Made by a program: the position numbers and the translations under genes | Notes under the pieces: generated by a model | What the model was told of the DNA's origin: nothing | What the model saw: the letters and a program-made list of their open reading frames with translations, nothing else | Database searches by the model: none | Assembly (NCBI GenBank): GCA_051362555.1 | Contig: CM120649.1 | Coordinates: 3,844,001 to 3,908,000 of the forward strand | From: Lingula anatina | Taxonomy: Eukaryota > Animalia > Brachiopoda | Direction of reading: 5' to 3' | DNA length: 64,000 bases | In this document: piece by piece, positions 13,901 to 26,473 of the stretch | How the letters are laid out: every line of letters starts with the position of its first letter | How positions within the stretch are numbered: position 1 is the first letter of the stretch

Positions 13901-16900
13901 TCTTCGTAAGGTAGGTCAAGGGTCAATTTCAAGGTCACAGTAAATTGCCAGTATATGACTTCCTATTCAAGTTCAAGAGTAACTATGGACCTATCTCTGT
14001 CAAGTTTGAAGTTAAAAGAGAAAGAAATTATCAGAGTTCAGTTCATGATAAAAAGTAGGTCAAAGGTCAATTTCAAGGTCACATTTAGATTGCCAGTATA
14101 TGACTTCCTATTCAAGTTCAATAGTAACTATAGACCTATCTCTGCCAGTTTTGGAGATAAAAGGGAAGCAAATTTTGCAAAGTTCAGTTTATGGGGAAAA
14201 GTAGGTCAAAGGTCAATTTTAAGGTCACATTTAGATTGCCAGTATATGACTTCCTATTCAAGTTCAATAGTAACTATAGACCTATCTCTGCCAGTTTTGG
14301 AGATAAAAGGGAAGCAAATTTTGCAAAGTTCAGTTTATGGGGAAAAGTAGGTCAAAGGTCAATTTTAAGGTCACATTTAGATTGCCAGTATATGACTTCC
14401 TATTCAAGTTCAATAGTAACTATGGACCTATCTCTGCCAGTTTTGGAGATAAAAGGGAAGCAAATTTTGCAAAGTTCAGTTTATGGGGAAAAGTAGGTCA
14501 AAGGTCAATTTTAAGGTCACATTTAGATTGCCAGTATATGACTTCCTATTCAACTTCAATAGTAACTATGGACCTATCTCTGCCAGTTTTGGAGATAAAA
14601 GGGAAGAAAAATTTGCAAAGTTCAGTTCATGGTGAAAAGTAGGTCAAAGGTCACTTTCAAGGTCATAGTAAGATTGCCAGTATATGACTTCCTATTCAAC
14701 TTCAATAGTAACTATGGACCTATCTCTGCCAGTTTTGGAGATATAAGGGACTAAATGTTATAATTTTGGTGTTACCATAATGTGCCTTAAATTTCGTACA
14801 GAAAAAATTAATTAAAATAAAGAAAATGTCATTTTGGTCAAAATTCTTGAAATAGGAGGTGCTCTGAAGTTTCAGAAGTTCAAATTTGATGAAATAATGT
14901 CATTTTTGAACACAAGTTGTCTGCTTTGCCAAGCCTTATGTTTTATTTTTCCAGAGTTCAAAATTTATTATCCATTACCGTACTGCACATTTTGCTTTTA
15001 CCACCAATATGTACTTTTTGATACAGCGTAACTCGAAAACCGTATGGAATACAAAAAAACCGAGACCACCCCCAGTGTTGGGCTTTACATGCTCTACAAA
15101 ATGCAAAAAAGAATGGGTCTCTAGCATTAACGGTTCCCGAATTAGAGACAGTTTTCAGTTTCGGTATCTTATGGCCGCTACTCCCGTGAAAATACACCAA
15201 TTGACCCCAAATTCATGGAGATGAAAGATGACCTGAAGGGTAACACCTTCCAATAATATTATTGGTTAAGTCTGTGTGGTGTCTGAATAACAGGGCAAAA
15301 AAAATTTTTTTCGTAAAAAATTTCATTTTTTTGAAAATTTTGGCCCATTTGACCTTGAAGTAAAGGTCAAAGGTCAAATCCAAGGGTATATTTGAAATCT
15401 ACACATATGACTTTTGGAAAGCCGTCTATAGAAATTTTTCCCATAACTCCTTCCGTAGGGTAGATAATTAGCATTTAATTTTGCCATTTTTAGACAAGGG
15501 TGCATTGCAATGAGTGCCACACCCAGACCCCAATACCGACAAAGCCCAAATTTTACATGGAACGAGTTGAGATTATAGGTGACCTAAATCCATGAGATGG
15601 GTACGGGGGCCCTTACCGTCTAGGAGGAGAAGCGGTAACGGTAGCCGTCCGGCGGAGCCGGCGGAGCCAACGGAGCCGGCGGAACGATCCGGACGGGACC
15701 GAAACCATGTGTACCGCCAGCGCTAACGCTGGTGGTACAATTATACCCAATGTATATAGAAAAAAGAATAGCTGTACAATATTACTGCCACTACATTTAT
15801 TCATAGTGCAAAAATGCATCATCATGTAACACAGTAATTTTTATGAAAATATTACAAAAATGAATGTATCACATGGCCCAGAGGTTCACGCCTTTGTGGT
15901 ATGGCCCTTTACTATTTATTAGTTAAAATAAATTGCTATATCACTTCATGTATAGTACTCTATCAATACTGTCTGTGTAGTACCTTGTGGACATCAAAGT
16001 GCAGTCCCCTCACTGCAAACTGTGGGTCATACTTCATACTTTTGATGGCAGCTGGATACTGGAAGTAAGTAATATAGATTGATATACTAGCAGATACTGG
16101 AAGAACATGTTATAGATTGATATACTAGCAGATACTGGAAGTACATGTTATAGATTGATATACCAGCAGATACTGGAAGTACATGTTATAGATTGATATA
16201 CTAGCAGATACTGGAAGTACATGTTATAGATTGATATACTAGCAGATACTGGAAGAACATGTTTTAGATTGATATACTAGCAGATACTGGAAGTACATGT
16301 TATAGATTGATATACTGTACTAGCAGATACTGGAAGTACATGTTATAGACTGGAATACCAGCAGATACTGGAAGTACATGTTATAGATTGATATACTAGC
16401 AGATACTGGAAGTACATGTTATAGATTGATATACTAGCAGATACTGGAAGTACATGTTATAGATTGATATACTAGCAGATACTGGAAGTACACGTTATAG
16501 ACTGGAATACCAGCAGATACTGGAAGAACATGTTATAGACTGGAATACCAGCAGATACTGGAAGTACATGTTATAGATTGATATACTAGCAGATACTGGA
16601 AGTACACGTTATAGACTGGAATACCAGCAGATACTGGAAGAACATGTTATAGATTGATATACTAGCAGATACTGGAAGTACACGTTATAGACTGGAATAC
16701 CAGCAGATACTGGAAGAACATGTTATAGATTGATATACTAGCAGATACTGGAAGTACATGTTATAGACTGGAATACCAGCAGATACTGGAAGAACATGTT
16801 ATAGATTGATATACTAGCAGATACTGGAAGTACACGTTATAGACTGGAATACCAGCAGATACTGGAAGAACATGTTAAAGATTGATATACTAGCAGATAC

Positions 16901-18607
16901 TGGAAGTACATGTTATAGATTGATATACTAGCAGATACTGGAAGTACATGTTATAGATTGATATACTAGCAGATACTGGAAGTACATGTTATAGACTGGA
17001 ATACCAGCAGATACTGGAAGAACATGTTATAGATTGATATACTAGCAGATACTGGAAGTACATGTTATAGACTGGAATACCAGCAGATACTGGAAGAACA
17101 TGTTTTAGATTGATATACTAGCAGATACTGGAAGTACACGTTATAGACTGGAATACCAGCAGATACTGGAAGAACATGTTAAAGATTGATATACTAGCAG
17201 ATACTGGAAGTACATGTTATAGATTGATATACTAGCAGATACTGGAAGTACATGTTATAGATTGATATACTAGCAGATACTGGAAGTACATGTTATAGAT
17301 TGATATACTAGCAGATACTGGAAGTACATGTTATAGATTGATATACTGTACTAGCAGATACTGGAAGTACATGTTATAGATTGATATACCAGCAGATATA
17401 GAAAGTACAAGTCAAACTGGTTGGGATACAAACATGTTCTGGGAGCATGTATTGTAAATTGGGATACTAGCAGATTTAAAAGTCTAAAATAAATCTAAAC
17501 TGGACTGCCAGAACAACAAGTATCTTTTGGGTAATTCTGGGTAAAAAGGAAGATGAAAAAATAGTTGCTTATAAAGCAGCTTGCACCTTAAGACTTCACT
17601 CACTCATTCATTCATTCATTCATTTATTCATTCATGCACAAACTTATTCCCTCACTTATTTATTTATTTATTTATTTATTTTCTTACCATTCACTGTATA
17701 TTTTTCAAAAAATTTTCTTTTATAATAAAAAGCAAGATAATACAGAAACCACTTCCCCATCACGTCAAACCCTCACCTTGTACCCTGTGACCAGTGCCTC
17801 TGTCCCCAGGGAGTACAGCAAATGATGTAACGACTCCTTGTAGGAAGCTAATGTGTAATCATAGTCAAAGCCATACACATCCATGTCAGCCAGGTCCAGC
17901 TCATTGTTGGTGAATATAGAGTCTGGGTTGATGGGAGCAGGGTGAGGCTGAGCTGGAATTTTTTTAACCATTTATTTATTTAAATACATTTGTTTTGTAC
18001 AATAATTATCTAGATCTACTGTTTTTACGCAGTAATGTATGCTACTACGTACGTACTTTCCTGCAACTGCATAAACCTAATTTAAATCATGGCGGGTATC
18101 CAACAGACTTGTACTTTGGATATGCTATTAATGACATAATGGTTTCTTTCTCAAGCAGGTGAGGAGGGGTTGGGGCCATAGATAATTGTTACTGGTGATT
18201 TAATTGTTTTAAAAATGTTCACAAAAATAAATGAATAAATAAAAATTGAAATTAATAACAAATTAATAGAAATAATGATAAACATTGCAGTCATTATTGA
18301 TAGATCTGATATCCCACAAAAACTGCAGTAATTTTTGTTACGAAACGATTACATCGTTCGCATTACGAAACAATAATTATGAAAACGGTAGCCTAATTAT
18401 AGTCTGCAGCCGATTGAATGACCTCTACGCTTTACCTTGTACTGCATCCTTAAGCCGCGCATAATCTTCCCAAAGAAGGTCTGGTGACTTGGCCTCTCTC
18501 GTTCCAAATTGTTTTTTGTCAACGTGGCACCCACAGCAGGTTTCTGTGAGGTAAAATTCAAGAAATTTCACCTTTCGAAAGTGGCACAGTCGTCTGAAGA
18601 CGGCCAT
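7903..18607 (-). CDS. NT5DC3: 5'-nucleotidase domain-containing protein (HAD superfamily, cN-II-like; NT5DC3/NT5DC2 type), about 523 aa, 15 exons
   Basis: Exons 18436-18607, 17777-17952, 15984-16058, 13614-13669, 13387-13477, 13117-13188, 12611-12667, 12290-12350, 11830-11932, 11249-11347, 10759-10843, 9679-9765, 9162-9215, 8599-8753 and 7903-8131 join in frame (1572 nt). Motifs: [10 protein letters not shown] (HAD I), [14 protein letters not shown] (II), ARKP (III), [10 protein letters not shown] (IV), [23 protein letters not shown]. The Arg-rich N-terminus [14 protein letters not shown] resembles a mitochondrial presequence. An upstream in-frame ATG lies at 18634. NT5DC2 versus NT5DC3 is not resolvable by eye. 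Confidence 0.93.
9983..10331. mobile_element. Non-autonomous CAG-ended TIR element with 5-bp TSD (hAT5-like) containing a nested MITE
   Basis: TIR CAGGGCTTGACACTA / TAATGTTAAGTCCTG; TATAG on both flanks. Confidence 0.65.
10076..10242. mobile_element. MITE (CAGGGGCGGATTTAG...TAGATCCGACCCTG) with 5-bp TSD
   Basis: CTTTG at 10071-10075 and 10243-10247; homologous copies near 43742-43907 and 49695-49860. Confidence 0.75.
13705..15741 (-). mobile_element. Non-autonomous Helentron-associated element (HINE/DINE-like), family 1, with internal 146-bp tandem array
   Basis: Subterminal inverted repeats TTGTACCACCAGC (13741) and GCTGGTGGTACAA (15728); 5' palindrome, GC-rich microsatellite-like block (15640-15700), stem-loop GAGGCG-ATAC-CGCCTC and CTAGT end. 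Confidence 0.8.
13910..14750. repeat. About 6 copies of a 146-bp tandem repeat rich in AGGTCA
   Basis: The unit ...AGTAGGTCAAAGGTCAATTTTAAGGTCACATTTAGATTGCCAGTATATGACTTCCTATTCAAGTTCAATAG... recurs; near-identical ORFs start at 14191 and 14337 (146 apart). Confidence 0.95.
16059..17405. repeat. 38-bp minisatellite, about 35 copies, abutting the NT5DC exon 3 acceptor
   Basis: Unit CTAGCAGATACTGGAAGTACATGTTATAGATTGATATA, with an interspersed variant ...TAGACTGGAATACCAGCAG... Confidence 0.95.
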
Positions 18608-20753
18608 TGCGTAAACAACCAAGATAAGCCGCATCCGAGTTCCGGTGTAATTCGTGCAGTCAGTCTTGAGAACACGTACTTTCTAGAGTGCATTTTTAAA
18701 GTGGTCTGCCTAAATTGCGCAATACAGCGCAATACAGCGCAACACAGCGCAATACACTTGAAAAAAACAAGTCCAGTTGCAAGTTAACACAGAAAACGAT
18801 CATTCTCAACAAAATAAGGGGATAAAAAAGCAATTATTTTAATTGCAACTTAAAATATTCTAACGATGTGGTGTTAATTACCGGCACATAACCATTCATT
18901 CTTACTGATGATCTTCATGCGAGGTTCTTTATGGCATGGTAGGCCTACGTGTTGCCATAGGGCCTATTCAACAAATAGATTTTTCATTCAATTACAATTT
19001 TTGAAATGCAATGTTTCATATTTTCATGCAATAGGCCTATACACTAATATTTCTTTCAACGGACCCCTGTCTTTTAAAGCCTACATAATGTTTAGAAAGA
19101 ATGATATTAAAGTAAAAAAAAAGAAAAAAAAAAAAAAAAAAAAACGTGTGACCATGCGCAATACAGCTTCGCTCTGGGCCCCGTATCTCGAAAGGTTCGC
19201 TATGTTGCGCACGTGCGCAAGCGTCTCGATTCCATAACTCGCCCATACTCGTCCCATATAATACATTGTAGCCTCTTTTGTATATAGCGATTCGCAATAC
19301 GCGATGCTTTCGAGATACGGAGCCCGGGATGACAATATTGGCGACCAGTTATATAGAAAGGACCCGTTTGTCCTGCCCATATTAAACTATTTCTGCTGAT
19401 TGGCTTCATTATATAACATTCTGTGGATCTTGAGTTTTGAGAGATAGACAAAGTCATAAAAACGCTATATTCGCTTAATGATTTTTAAAAGTAGTTTTAA
19501 TTTGTATTAAAGTAGTATATTTTAACAACAGTTGTATCAAAAATTGCACTGTTAATATTTTGACAGTAAACATTTGTGAGCAGTTTTAGCCAAAACCTCT
19601 CACCCATAAATGGGTCAAATCTTTTGTACATGTAATTTGCATAACAATAACTTGCCCGTCGTAGTGCAAGCTGCAGTTGGGCACAGTTGAGTGGAGACGC
19701 AACAATTTGTGTGGTGAATTCACAAGTTGAAGCTTTTATAAGACGTAGAAGCAAGCTTATGGTAAGCAGCACTACTTCTTCAGTAACCTACCTCAATAAA
19801 ACACAAGAGCAACCGAGAGAAAAAGTATTGTAGATACTGAGTATTAGTAGCGCAATTTGTTGTAATATTATGCCCATCGTTACTTGTGTGTCACTCACAA
19901 TGTCAGAATATGTTGGTTACAATGCTTTGGGACTACAAATGTACAGGAAAAATGATACTATCAGCTGACCATTGATGAAACAATAAGTTTGCTTGTAATC
20001 TTTCAAACTAGCTATATTAAGTTCAGCACGTGTGAATTTTATGTATGACCCCTGGAAATTAAAAGAGCATTTGTGACTTAATTAAAAATGTTTTCGTGTA
20101 AATATACTCATAACTGCACAAAAAGACTGATTAATTTAGATGATATTACTTGTCATAGTTCTAAATATTTGATACAAGGAGAAGTCTGTCCTAGCAAGGT
20201 GTTCATCAACTTTAAAGTCAAATTTAATTAACAATTCAAAAGTCGCTTTTGAAGACACTTACGATGGTTTTCAGCAATTTCTTTTGGGTTACAATTGTGT
20301 ATTGTAATGGATTGATCATTTCACCTGGGAAAAATTAGCAATTTTTAAAATACATCGTTTTGTCACTTTTTATTATTATTATTATTATTACTACAAGAAT
20401 AAGGGTCCACATAGCTATTAAAGTTCTCTTACTTGTTTTAGCTTACACTCGGGCAATCCATTTATGCTTAAGATTGACATGCTGTCAAAATCTTTTTGTA
20501 AGGTAAGTGTTTTTAATTTAATACAACACACGATCACGCACACGTCATTTGCTCATAAAGCGATGGTTTACAGATGAAAGTTTTACGCAAGTTGACTACC
20601 GTCTCCAGTGTGTCGTATTCTGTCCCTCCATTACACGACCAACTACATGTATATTAAAACTTGATTATACATAACCGCCCCACCTATGTATATCTCCACC
20701 TCCCTTTATCCGGAAAGCTCAGTGGGTCGACGTCGCTAAAGAGACCTTGGTTA

Positions 20754-20985
20754 ACTAGAAAAGCACTCCGAGAGCGCAGACCTCCGCCAAGGCAGCGATT
20801 TTTTTATTATTATTGATTTTGATTGATTATTGATCCGGCTCACCACCAAAAACTAATCATCTCTTCCTTGGCCCACTTCTGACAGTTCCTGAAAATTTCA
20901 TCAAAATCGGTCCATAACTTTTTGAGTTATGTTGATGACAGACAGACAAACAGGGGTGAAAACATAACCTCCTTGGCGGAGGTAA
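20754..20985 (-). mobile_element. Short HINE-type element, family 2 (ACCTCCGCCAAGG subterminal repeats)
   Basis: ACTAG end, hairpin, ACCTCCGCCAAGG / CCTTGGCGGAGGT, GACA microsatellite; homologous copies at 43266, 49219 and 54718. Confidence 0.8.
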
Positions 20986-22217
20986 TGAATACAGGGATAG
21001 TTGTGCATGTGTAGTGTCAGTGTGCAAACTCGATATCATTCAATTCCTCTACATGTACGACCTTTCACTTTAAGCAAGATAAAGTTGGCGCAATTTTGAC
21101 AGATGATTCATACTTTCTCTCGCAGGCTGGTTGTATTTTTTTAATATTACTTAGATAATTATGCTGAAAATGGAACCGAATTAGCATAAATGTATGCCCG
21201 ATAGGTATTTAAGCAAAGTGGATTTCTCGTCCACGCCCGGTGCAGTGATTTTTCTAGTACGACCACCTCCACCCAAGGTTCATGTAAGGTCGGTGCATCT
21301 CTATAACCAAATTAATGCTGGGCAACTTTCCATGTTTAACTCTATGTCATTTATGCGCGAATTTCAGAGAAAGCGACACTTCTTCAAATTTTTATTATTT
21401 TTTGTTTTTATTTATTTATTCAAATTTCTGTTTTTTTTTTTTTTTTCAAAATGAGAGAGGGAGAGGGAGAAAGAGAGAGGGTTAAGAAATAGAAATAACA
21501 CAAAATACAACGTGCTTGAGATGCGCTGTTTATTATAATTTAGCTGCAGTTCTAACGTCACAAAGAAGGGATTAGGGATACCCCGACAATACCTTTAAAA
21601 AAATCGGCTACCATCGACTGCTTCCGTAACTGTGACGTATCCAGTGCGGAGGTCCCACACATGTAAATCACACGCGTGCTTTGTTGAATATACTCTTTTG
21701 GACATAAACTTTTTTTGCGGTTTAACTCAAGATTTTAAGGGTGCAATATATATGAATAAGTACAGGAAGAAAGAATAAACATATGACAATATGACTTCAT
21801 TTAGAACAATATTATACAATCTTTCACTTTTACAAATTCAAAGCAGCTTGCTATCATAAATTATTCGTGGTACAGGAAAGCAAATCTGATATGGTTTATG
21901 AATATAAACACCATTTTAAGGTGTTGCGGCGAAATTGCAGAGAAATTTCAATTATATACAAGCTTGGCGTCTTCTAGCATCCCATGAACACATCTGCCTC
22001 AACATTTTCCACGATATATTCCAGGTATATTCCACGAACTCAATACAACTAAAATCTCATCCTTATTCAGAGTCAGCTCAGGCCTGTAGCCAGCAATGTC
22101 AAAAGGGGGGTTCTTTTCTGAAAAAGTGGACCTCTTACAATGGAACCTTTGTGCACCTAGATCAAATTTTATCCAGAATGGACCTTTTCCTGACAAAAAG
22201 GGCGGTTCTTTCGAACC

Positions 22218-22369
<152 letters not shown>

Positions 22370-22387
22370 CAACTGTAACGCATTTTT

Positions 22388-22957
22388 CTATCCTAGCAAT
22401 GGAAAAGGGTCCTCGCAGAATCTACAGTTACCGATAATAGCGACTGGCCTGGAGACGGAGGATTCACGTCCAAATACTGATTGAGTTAGGGTCGTACAAC
22501 AGATGTAGATCCGGTTCCCAAAATATACGAATGGGGAAAATTGGGGGTTAGCTATTAATCCACTTTGTCTTTTCTCGCGCCTGTTTCCTGTAAAACGATA
22601 AATAATAATTAAGATATATGTATATCCATTCTACGTCACTTACAGTATGACATAGGCCTACTCCAGTTTCACACATTGACTTATTTCATCAAACACCCTA
22701 ATATCTAGAAAATTAGCACTGCAGGGATTCATATTCATATAAACATATTTTAGCACGTGGCATTTCAAATTACCTGCATTAGGTTTTTCCGGTACTGCCT
22801 CTTTTTCATCTGCGTGCATGACCCAATGAACGGCGACATCCTTACAGAAGCTTTGCAGTTCCGCACTGAGAAAAGATGTCTCTCTGATTGGTTGAGGAGA
22901 AAGTGTTAAATTGGTGGCTATGGAGCGCTTTGGGAAATCATCCATACCGTGATTCTA

Positions 22958-22992
<35 letters not shown>

Positions 22993-23670
22993 AAATCAAT
23001 ATTGTAGATACAGTTGCGGAATGGACGCACAATTTCTGACGCGTCACAAAAAGTACCAAATTTAAGTAAAATGCGTGAACATCCTCAAAATCAGGCTTTA
23101 GATATGTGTAGCCATGGGAAAGTTTAGACCACAATTTAAGACCAATATCACCCGAGATAAATTAGTAGTAGTAGTCCAATTACATGAAATATATCGCTTT
23201 AGTAATGAGAAAAACCTGGCTGATGTGTCATACCAGTTCTTACTTTGTATAAGTGGATTACTATGGATTAATCTTGAACTGAAGAAGACCAAATACAGTC
23301 TTTTAGAGCGTATATAAAACAGTCGTCTTTCTTATATTGAAAGGGTGGCTTCCAAAACCGAAAAGATTACGAACAATTCTACCCACCCTGAACTTTTAAA
23401 AATTCCCTTAAGCAAATATAAACTTAATTGTTTTAAAAGTAGCAGACTGTTTTCACCAAGCTTTTTTTTTCAACCAACCCAGATATCTCTTTTTTAATAG
23501 CAGAACATAAAAATTTTACCAATTACTTTTTTTTTACAATTACTTTGAACGTTTCGTTTTCTATTTTTATTGCCTTTATTTTACTTATTTGATCTTTATT
23601 AAACACGAGATGGTAAAACAACTTTCGTTTTATGTGTACTTTATAATATATAAGCAGTAGGTGAATACAC

Positions 23671-23710
<40 letters not shown>

Positions 23711-26090
23711 TTGGCCAGAATGCGTTGAACTTCCTGAGCATCGACTTCTGGGGTGGTTGTGGGTCGTATCAGGCACAACGGCTGACTACCTAGGGTTTTG
23801 TAAGCAATCAGACCCTGAAAAAATTGGATTCGTCCAATTTTAGTTTAAATTTCAATCCAGTATAAAATAAAAATTGATTCTCATATCATACATTCAAGTA
23901 GGGTAGATGGCGTGAGTCCCGACCTTTTTTAAAATATAATTTATTATAATTTATTAAAATAAAACGGAACGCATCAAAATATGTAAAATCGAATATGAAT
24001 GAAAAACACACTTATTAAAAAAAATTACACTCTGAAATTTTGTGAAGGTTAATTATCAGCATATACACTGCACATATGCATGTACATAAACGTATACATA
24101 CGTGTGCTACATCGTGCGCCGTCTGTAACGGGTCAGATGGACTCCCGTAGATGACTATGTTTTTGCTTGCATCTACCTGGATTTTTTCCCCAATTTCTTT
24201 ACCCTCGGCGTTGTGAAAGTGAACGAAATATTCCTGCAACGGAAAGCACAAAATGGTTATTCGGTAAAAACAGGGTTTTGTCTCTTTTATAATTATCGCT
24301 TGTCTCTTTTATAGTTGTAGTTTAAAATCGTTTCTTAAAAGATCACGTGCATTTTAACTTCTGAGGTTCTTCACATCATGAATGGCTTCAGGTGGTTATC
24401 AAGTAATGAACATGCAAATGTACAACAGAAAAGTAAAGGAGGCAATTAACGTTATAATTCTAGTCCCTGATAACATATTGGCAAATCAAAGAAATCTTGA
24501 AAAACTTAAATATAAATAAGGCTCAATTATATAACAAGCAATATATATATATATATGGGGTCATTCCTATTGCAACTGTTGGTCTACGTAGATCGATTCT
24601 TAGCAGCGGGGACTCTCGCTGAATGCAATCAGTTTCACAGATTAACACGCCTCCCTTTGGCGTTGAGTATAATACTAGTGCAGAAAAGCTGGTGATTATT
24701 CGAGTACGTTGGAAACAAGAGATACGTAAATCTATTAAAATGATTGCATTCAGCGGAGTTGGATCGAATTACGGAGACCTACAGCTTCAATGGAAATGAG
24801 CCCTAAGATAAGATGGGCAGAATGGCCTCTGTCTGCAAAATGACACAAGAGTAAGATGAGAAAAAACTTGAATATGGACCTGCTTGCCAAAAAAATAATA
24901 CTTGACATAAACGAACTTAGATCAAAAGTTATTCTATCAAAACAGGTTATAACCTTCATTGTTTCCTCGTGAGCCTTCTGGACAATGTGGACCGCTAGCA
25001 GGACCCCAGCAATGGTGCAAACAACAACAAGCAACACGGCCACTGCCACTATCATGTACTTGCGCGAGTTGGGCTTCGGCGCCTGAAAACATATTTAAAA
25101 CATTTTATAAATCTTCAGCTTATCGTGAGTCGAATTCTAAACAATCATTTGGATTCATAAGTTCAAATGCCCTGGTTTACTTGTTTATTCGTTCATATAA
25201 TTACGAATTTAGTCATTTATATACTTCGCTTTATGTGAACGTTTGTCTCTCTATTATCCATCTATCATTCTATCGATCTATCATTTTATTCATTGTGGGT
25301 ATTTTTTCGCTGTGAAGAGACAGGCGACAATCTGAAAGACAGATGAATATTTTTATCTTCTCTCAGACAACTTGGACAAAATTAATAATAGTTTTTATTT
25401 ACATAATGAGTATTCAATAAAGTTGCTTTTAATATTCCACAATTTCCTTTTTTCACGTTCCTTATTTGTGGACTGAATGATGTATTAAAAATTTTACAGC
25501 GTTTTTTCTATCGTATTTTGGTATAAAAAATAACTCCACTAATCTGTTCACTGGTCCTCTCAAGTCACTCATCACTCGGGTAGTACAAATTTTAATTTTA
25601 AAAAATTTAAAAATTGGTTCAAATCAAAATAAACTAGCGAAGATGTGAAAGCTACAGATAACTCTAATGTAACACAACGCCCGTTGAACCAAAAAATATC
25701 GAAGATGAAATTTAAGCAAATTCTTTATCACCAAGGTTTATGGGTCTACAGCATACAAAACAACTGAGAAAATTCACCTTTAAGAGGCCGTAGCCGAGTT
25801 TTAAATGCCTTATTTTTTGCTATTTACAGTCTGTCTCTCCATTAGGTGAGTGACTCAAAAAACTAGACATTTTAAAAAAGGTTATTTGTATTTGTTTCTT
25901 ATTTATATACATTTATTTTAATATTTAACATGCCGGACGCCACATTTACTAGACAATTGGCTTGTACGGAAGTCTAAAGTTTAAGGCCGTATGCATATAT
26001 TAGAATCATAAACAAGTACATTTTTGAACTGACCGTATTCACAGGAGTTGGCGAAGAAGTGACCACTTGCGGTAGCATTTTCGGATCCAT
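22388..26090 (-). CDS. BRICHOS-domain type II membrane precursor with furin-released C-terminal Cys peptide, about 267 aa
   Basis: Exons 26034-26090, 24954-25082 (TM IVAVAVLLVVVCTIAGVLLAV), 24102-24233, 23710-23814, 22774-22954 and 22388-22587 join in frame (804 nt). BRICHOS hallmarks HD-VAH-GLIAYKTLGSQPLCLI and LSAELQSFCKDVAVHWV, followed by RREKR and a mature peptide. An upstream in-frame ATG lies at 26102. Confidence 0.88.
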
Positions 26091-26375
26091 GGCTGGTAGC
26101 ATGAAGGCTGGAATAGTGATTCAAATGCATATGTACTTATACCTGTATTTACTTATCTCTGATAAGAACCATTCGATAAAAGCATAAATATAAAGCCAGT
26201 TGATTCTTATTTAATAACCCAATACATTTTATAGCAATTACAGACTGTCTTTTCAAAGACGTATTGTAACGATACATGTATTATACTGGTGTATCATTTT
26301 GAATAATGGATTATTCAGAAACAAACGAGAAAAATAATCCTAAAAGATGTTACGGTAGGATAAATCTCTACACAC

Positions 26376-26473
26376 CTTTGACTTCTAGTCAGAGTGCGCT
26401 GCTGCAGTTGTCCGCGTTAACCGCCTTAGTCTGAGGTATGAACACGCTTGGGCGGGACTGGAACAGTTTTATA
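26376..26473 (-). promoter_or_regulatory. TATA box and non-coding first exon of the BRICHOS gene
   Basis: TATAAAA at 26473-26467, Inr-like TCAT about 30 nt downstream, donor AAG|GTGTGT at 26376/26375, acceptor at 26107. Confidence 0.55.

Noticed and set aside
13955-14642. Three overlapping 101-131 aa ORFs
   Set aside because: By-product of the 146-bp tandem repeat, with no transposase or RepHel motifs
16059-17405. CRISPR-like regular array
   Set aside because: The units are contiguous with no unique spacers, there are no cas genes, and it lies in a eukaryotic intron
19206-19219. TGCGCACGTGCGCA palindrome upstream of NT5DC
   Set aside because: A plausible E-box/NRF1-like site, but a single short motif about 600 bp from the start is not enough to call
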